64,000 bases of DNA from Parcubacteria group bacterium Gr01-1014_31 (lineage in GTDB: Bacteria; Patescibacteriota; Patescibacteriia; Buchananbacterales; GWA2-38-13): contig VMFR01000004.1 of the NCBI GenBank assembly GCA_007376135.1, positions 21,745-85,744 on the forward strand. The letters are read 5' to 3'. Under the pieces are notes generated by a model, which did no database searches, had not been told where the DNA came from, and saw only the letters and a program-made list of their open reading frames with translations. Below, one piece after another: positions 60,385 to 64,000 of this stretch (position 1 is its first letter; each line of letters starts with the position of its first letter). Made by a program: the position numbers and the translations under genes.

Positions 60385-60784
60385 TCCTTTCAAATTTCTG
60401 CTGCAGAACCGCGACGATTCAGCCCGGGTGGTAGAATTGGTAGATTCACCCCACACCTTTAGCCCCTTCAAAAAATATCCGACGCACAATTAGTAAATCA
60501 TCAAGCCGCGGTGGTGGAATTGGTAGACACGCATGGTTCAGGGCCATGTGATCGCAAGGTCGTGAGAGTTCGAGTCTCTCCCGCGGCAATTATCGTTGGA
60601 TATCGTCATGATAGGGGCTAAAGGTGTGGGGCAAGCGTCCCGCCAACGGCGGGATGATCGCAAGGTCGTGAGAGTTTCCCGCCACCGAGATTCCCCACAT
60701 TAATGGACGGCGGGACCCCGCCAACGGCGGTGGCGAGTCTCTCCCCGGGCATATCCCAACTTCTGCAGCAGAAATTTGAAAGGA
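60385..60784 (+). pseudogene. Degenerate outer tRNA-Leu (60422-60751) enclosing the intact tRNA-Leu, inside a 24-bp IR
   Basis: IR 60385-60408/60761-60784; IR 60449-60467/60613-60631; relic GCCCGGGTGGTAGAATTGGTAGA..TGATCGCAAGGTCGTGAGAGTT..CGAGTCTCTCCCCGGGCA. Confidence 0.8.
60505..60588 (+). tRNA. tRNA-Leu(CAG)
   Basis: GCCGCGG acceptor stem, CATGG-TTCAGGG-CCATG anticodon arm, variable arm, GTTCGAGTC; no CCA. Confidence 0.95.
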
Positions 60785-60996
60785 AATCACAACCTCGCAG
60801 CACGCACGGCACGATCGGCGCATGCGGAGTACCGTCGTGCCCGCCCTCCTGACGTTAGCGCACCGGGCGACCTCGATCCGCGCGCTCCTCATCCCGCCAC
60901 CCTCACTTTATCTCGTCGGCGCTTTGACGCCGGCACGCTCACCCGACAATTAATCAATCCGAATACTTCGAGGCGATTTCGCCTCGCCAAACCGTT

Positions 60997-62805
60997 ATGG
61001 TTGTCAAACACACACCGGCGCGTCCTGACGTAACGTCAGGAGCGCGTCCATCGTCGTCGCGGCCTCCGCGGCGGCGCGATCGCCGTCCTTCCCGCCCCGT
61101 GGCGGTCAGTGCGGCACCACACCCGAAAATCGCTCCCGTTGCCAGCGATACGCTGCGCATCATCCCCCTCGGCGGCCAGGAAGAGGTCGGCCGCAACTGC
61201 ACCGTATTCGAATACGGTAACGACATCATCGTGCTGGACATGGGGTTGCAGTTCCCCGAGGAAGACATGCCGGGGATCGACTACATCATCCCCAACATGA
61301 ACTACCTGAAGGGGAAAGAGCGCAACATCCGCGCCGTCATCCTCAGCCATGGCCACCTCGACCACATCGGCGCCGCCCCTCACCTCCTGCCCCAGCTGGG
61401 CTGGCCGCCGGTCTACGCCAGCAAACTGACGCTGGCGCTGGTGCGCAAACGCCTCGAGGAATCCCATCTGACCCAGCAACTCAAGGCCCACGAGATCAAA
61501 TCCAGCCGCGAGCAGTTCCAATTCGGTAAGCTGCGCGTGAATTTTTTCGATGTTACCCACTCCATCATGGACGCGATGGGCGTCGTAGTCAGCACGCCCG
61601 ACCTGTCGGTCATCCACATGGGCGACTGGCGCTATGACCTGGACCCGGTGGAGGGCCGTCCCACCGACTTCTCGGCGCTGGCCCGCTGGAACACCAAGCA
61701 GCGACCCAGTCTCCTAATGATGGAAAGCCTCGGTTCGACCAAAGAAGGCCACCAAGGCTCCGAACGCGAGGTCTTTGAAACCATCCGCCGCATCGTGACC
61801 AACGCCAAAGGCCGCGTCATCATCGGCACGTTCTCCTCGATGCTGGAGCGCGTCGGACAGATCATCCGCATTGCGGAGGAAACCGGTCGCAAAGTCGCGC
61901 TCGACGGCTTCTCGATGAAGACCAACGTCGAGATCGGCAAACGCATCGGTTACCTGCGCTTCCGCCCGCAGACGCTCATCGACATTTCCCGCATCCACGA
62001 CTACCCGAAGAATCGGGTGGTAGTGATCTGCACGGGCGCCCAGGGCGAGGACCGGGCGGTGCTGATGCGCATTGCCACCGGCGAACACCGCCACGTCAAG
62101 GTGGAACCGCAGGACACCATCGTCTTTTCCTCTTCCATCATCCCGGGCAACGAGCGCACCATCCAGCGCCTCAAGGATACGCTCTACCGCCAAGGCGCCG
62201 AGGTCTACCACAAGGAGATCATGGACGTGCACGCCGGCGGCCATGCGTTCATCGAGGACATCAAACTGTTGCTGCGACAGGTCAACCCCACCTACCTGAC
62301 GCCGGTGTACGCCAACCACTACCTGCTGCGCGAGGCGACCAAGGTTGCCAAGTCGATCGGTTTCCCCGAAGAGCATATCTTCCTACTGGATAACGGCTCG
62401 ATCCTCGAGATCCGCGGCAACCGCTTGCGGGTGCTGCCCGAAAAGGTGCCGACCAACTACGTCTTTGTCGACGGGCTGGGCGTGGGCGACGTATCGCACG
62501 TCGTGCTGCGCGACCGCCAGATGATGGCGGAGGACGGCATGATCGTGGTCATCGCCACCATCGACGAACGCCGCGGCCGGCTGGTGCACAATCCCGATCT
62601 CATCTCCCGCGGGTTCGTCCACATGAAGGAAAACCGCAAGCTCATCGAGCAGACGCGCGCCAAGGTCAAGCAGATATTTGCGGGCAACCTCAAGGAAATG
62701 GACGAGAATTTCTACCGGGACAAGATCCGCAATGAGGTCGGCGAATTCCTCTACCAAAAAACGCAGCGCCGCCCGATGGTCCTCCCGGTCATCATCCAGG
62801 TGTAA
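60997..62805 (+). CDS. rnj: Ribonuclease J
   Basis: PLGGQEEVGRN, SHGHLDHIG, TGAQGE, HAGGH, RRPMVLP. Confidence 0.95.
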   Translation: MVVKHTPARPDVTSGARPSSSRPPRRRDRRPSRPVAVSAAPHPKIAPVASDTLRIIPLGGQEEVGRNCTVFEYGNDIIVLDMGLQFPEEDMPGIDYIIPNMNYLKGKERNIRAVILSHGHLDHIGAAPHLLPQLGWPPVYASKLTLALVRKRLEESHLTQQLKAHEIKSSREQFQFGKLRVNFFDVTHSIMDAMGVVVSTPDLSVIHMGDWRYDLDPVEGRPTDFSALARWNTKQRPSLLMMESLGSTKEGHQGSEREVFETIRRIVTNAKGRVIIGTFSSMLERVGQIIRIAEETGRKVALDGFSMKTNVEIGKRIGYLRFRPQTLIDISRIHDYPKNRVVVICTGAQGEDRAVLMRIATGEHRHVKVEPQDTIVFSSSIIPGNERTIQRLKDTLYRQGAEVYHKEIMDVHAGGHAFIEDIKLLLRQVNPTYLTPVYANHYLLREATKVAKSIGFPEEHIFLLDNGSILEIRGNRLRVLPEKVPTNYVFVDGLGVGDVSHVVLRDRQMMAEDGMIVVIATIDERRGRLVHNPDLISRGFVHMKENRKLIEQTRAKVKQIFAGNLKEMDENFYRDKIRNEVGEFLYQKTQRRPMVLPVIIQV

Positions 62806-62810
62806 AAAAA

Positions 62811-63050
62811 CAATTGACCATGAACAATTGACAATTAACATTGAGACGGCAGAAAAATGAGTGAAAAGTCAAAAAATGTAGTCTTCGAGCTGGTCGAGAA
62901 GCTACATTTCGGCCAACTTCTCGACTCGTCCGCCTGCGGCGGACTCGCTCGAAGTATAAAAAATCCTTTTTCTACAGTCTCAACCTTTGACCTCTGACTG
63001 CGGTCAAGGGTCGCAAGTCAAATGTCAACGGTCAACGGTCAACGGTCAAA
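62811..63050. repeat. 7-mer arrays flanking REP-like hairpins
   Basis: TTGACCA TGAACAA TTGACAA TTAACAT ... CTTCGAGC..GTCGAGAAG / CTTCTCGAC..TCCGCCTGCGGCGGA..GCTCGAAG ... TGTCAAC GGTCAAC GGTCAAC GGTCAAA. Confidence 0.8.
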
Positions 63051-64000
63051 TCCTACTCCCTGGCTCCGCCTGGCCGAACTTGGCGTGCTGGCCGGGGCGC
63101 TCACGCCGCTGGCGTTCAGCAGCCACTTCATGTACCCGCTGGTGTTCCCGCGGGTCATGATCTTCCGCGCCATCGCGGTCCTGACCGTACTGGCGTGGTT
63201 CGCGGCATCCCGTCGCGACCCCGGGCTGCGCATTGACTTCCGCTCCCCGCTGGCTTCGGCGTGGCTCGGCTTCCTCGGCGTGCAAACGATCGCCGGCATC
63301 CTCGGAGTGAACCCGTACGCGAGTTTTGCCTCCAGCATCAGCCGGGGTGATGGGATCATCACCCTCGCCCATCTGGTGGCATTCGGGCTCGTGGCAACGG
63401 CGCTCCTGCGCGACCCGCAACGCCGGCAGCGGTTGTTCACCGCAGTTATTGGCATGCTCGCTCTCCAGGCGGTGCTGGGGCTGGCACAAACGCTCCGCTT
63501 GCCCGCGGTACCGCTGTTTGGCAGCGACCGTCCCACGGGCCTGACCGGCAACCCTTCCTACTTCGCCACGCTGATGATCTTTGGCATTTGGCTGCCGTTC
63601 GCGCTCTCGGTCCTGCCCGCAGCTGCGGCAAACCGAGAACGCCTGCGCCAAGTTGCCTACTACGCCGTTACCACCCTCTGCGCACTCGCACTTTGGCTGA
63701 CGCAAATCCGCGGCGCCATCCTCGCGACGCTGGCCGTCGGGGTCGTGGTTCTGGCCTACGCCGTTCGTCGGGCGAAAACCCCCGTTCTGCGAAAACGCGC
63801 CGGTGTGGCGCTGGCAACGCTGTCGGTCATCATCGCCGGTGCTTGGGTTGCCCGCAATACGGCGCTCGTGGCCTGGGACCGCACGCTCAAACGCGTTAGT
63901 GAAACGACGCTCTCGGCCATCACCGTCCAAAACCGCCTGATGACCTGGGGCGCAGGGCTGCAGGCTTTCCGCGAACACCCGTTCCTGGGTTGGGGACCGG
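63022..64000 (+). CDS. O-antigen ligase (WaaL/Wzy_C) family membrane protein, truncated by the window edge
   Basis: Manual translation: MSTVNGQRSNPTPWLRLAELG..FMYPLVFPR..RPTGLTGNPSYFA..LTQIRGAILA..RLMTWGAGLQAFREHPFLGWGP; not in the ORF track. Confidence 0.85.
   Translation, partial: MSTVNGQRSNPTPWLRLAELGVLAGALTPLAFSSHFMYPLVFPRVMIFRAIAVLTVLAWFAASRRDPGLRIDFRSPLASAWLGFLGVQTIAGILGVNPYASFASSISRGDGIITLAHLVAFGLVATALLRDPQRRQRLFTAVIGMLALQAVLGLAQTLRLPAVPLFGSDRPTGLTGNPSYFATLMIFGIWLPFALSVLPAAAANRERLRQVAYYAVTTLCALALWLTQIRGAILATLAVGVVVLAYAVRRAKTPVLRKRAGVALATLSVIIAGAWVARNTALVAWDRTLKRVSETTLSAITVQNRLMTWGAGLQAFREHPFLGWGP

Noticed and set aside
60422-60751. Intron-containing or split functional tRNA
   Set aside because: The outer copy has no anticodon loop and several inserts, with no group I/II or BHB features recognisable.
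60785-60996. Possible structured RNA upstream of rnj
   Set aside because: Only short GC-rich hairpins; no family recognisable without a covariance-model search.
63039-63978. Minus-strand ORFs of 170 and 310 aa
   Set aside because: Shadows of the plus-strand O-antigen ligase frame.

Overview
GC-rich bacterial chromosomal segment whose gene content and style point to Patescibacteria/CPR (Parcubacteria/ABY1-like; inference). Housekeeping genes: lemA-htpX-clpC, radA, recG, plsC-like, hpf-like, comF, rsmA, tsaC, femX-like, leuS, uvrA, dsbA, secG, oppA-like, rnj and a waaL-like gene, plus four tRNAs (Arg-GCG, Ser-TGA, Ser-GCT, Leu-CAG; none encodes CCA). A ~26 kb minus-strand cluster encodes a minimal T4SS-like set (VirB4-like ATPase, PrgI, a 2589-aa VirB6-like protein with a HEXXH motif and coiled coils) next to a 3248-aa Cys-rich secreted protein. 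Two genes missing from the ORF track run off the edges: a >976-aa beta-helix protein (left) and an O-antigen-ligase-family protein (right). The most unusual signal is non-coding. tRNA-Arg and tRNA-Leu each sit inside a degenerate copy of themselves, enclosed by the same CCCCACACC...GGTGTGGGG inverted repeat, and in both outer relics the 17-nt anticodon arm is replaced by the same 17-nt REP-like hairpin. The two tRNA-Ser genes carry integrase-free islets (DUF4238; GIY-YIG) bounded by REP-interrupted tRNA 3' fragments. Head-to-head 7-mer tandem arrays occupy several intergenic gaps. All calls come from reading the sequence; no database search was run.
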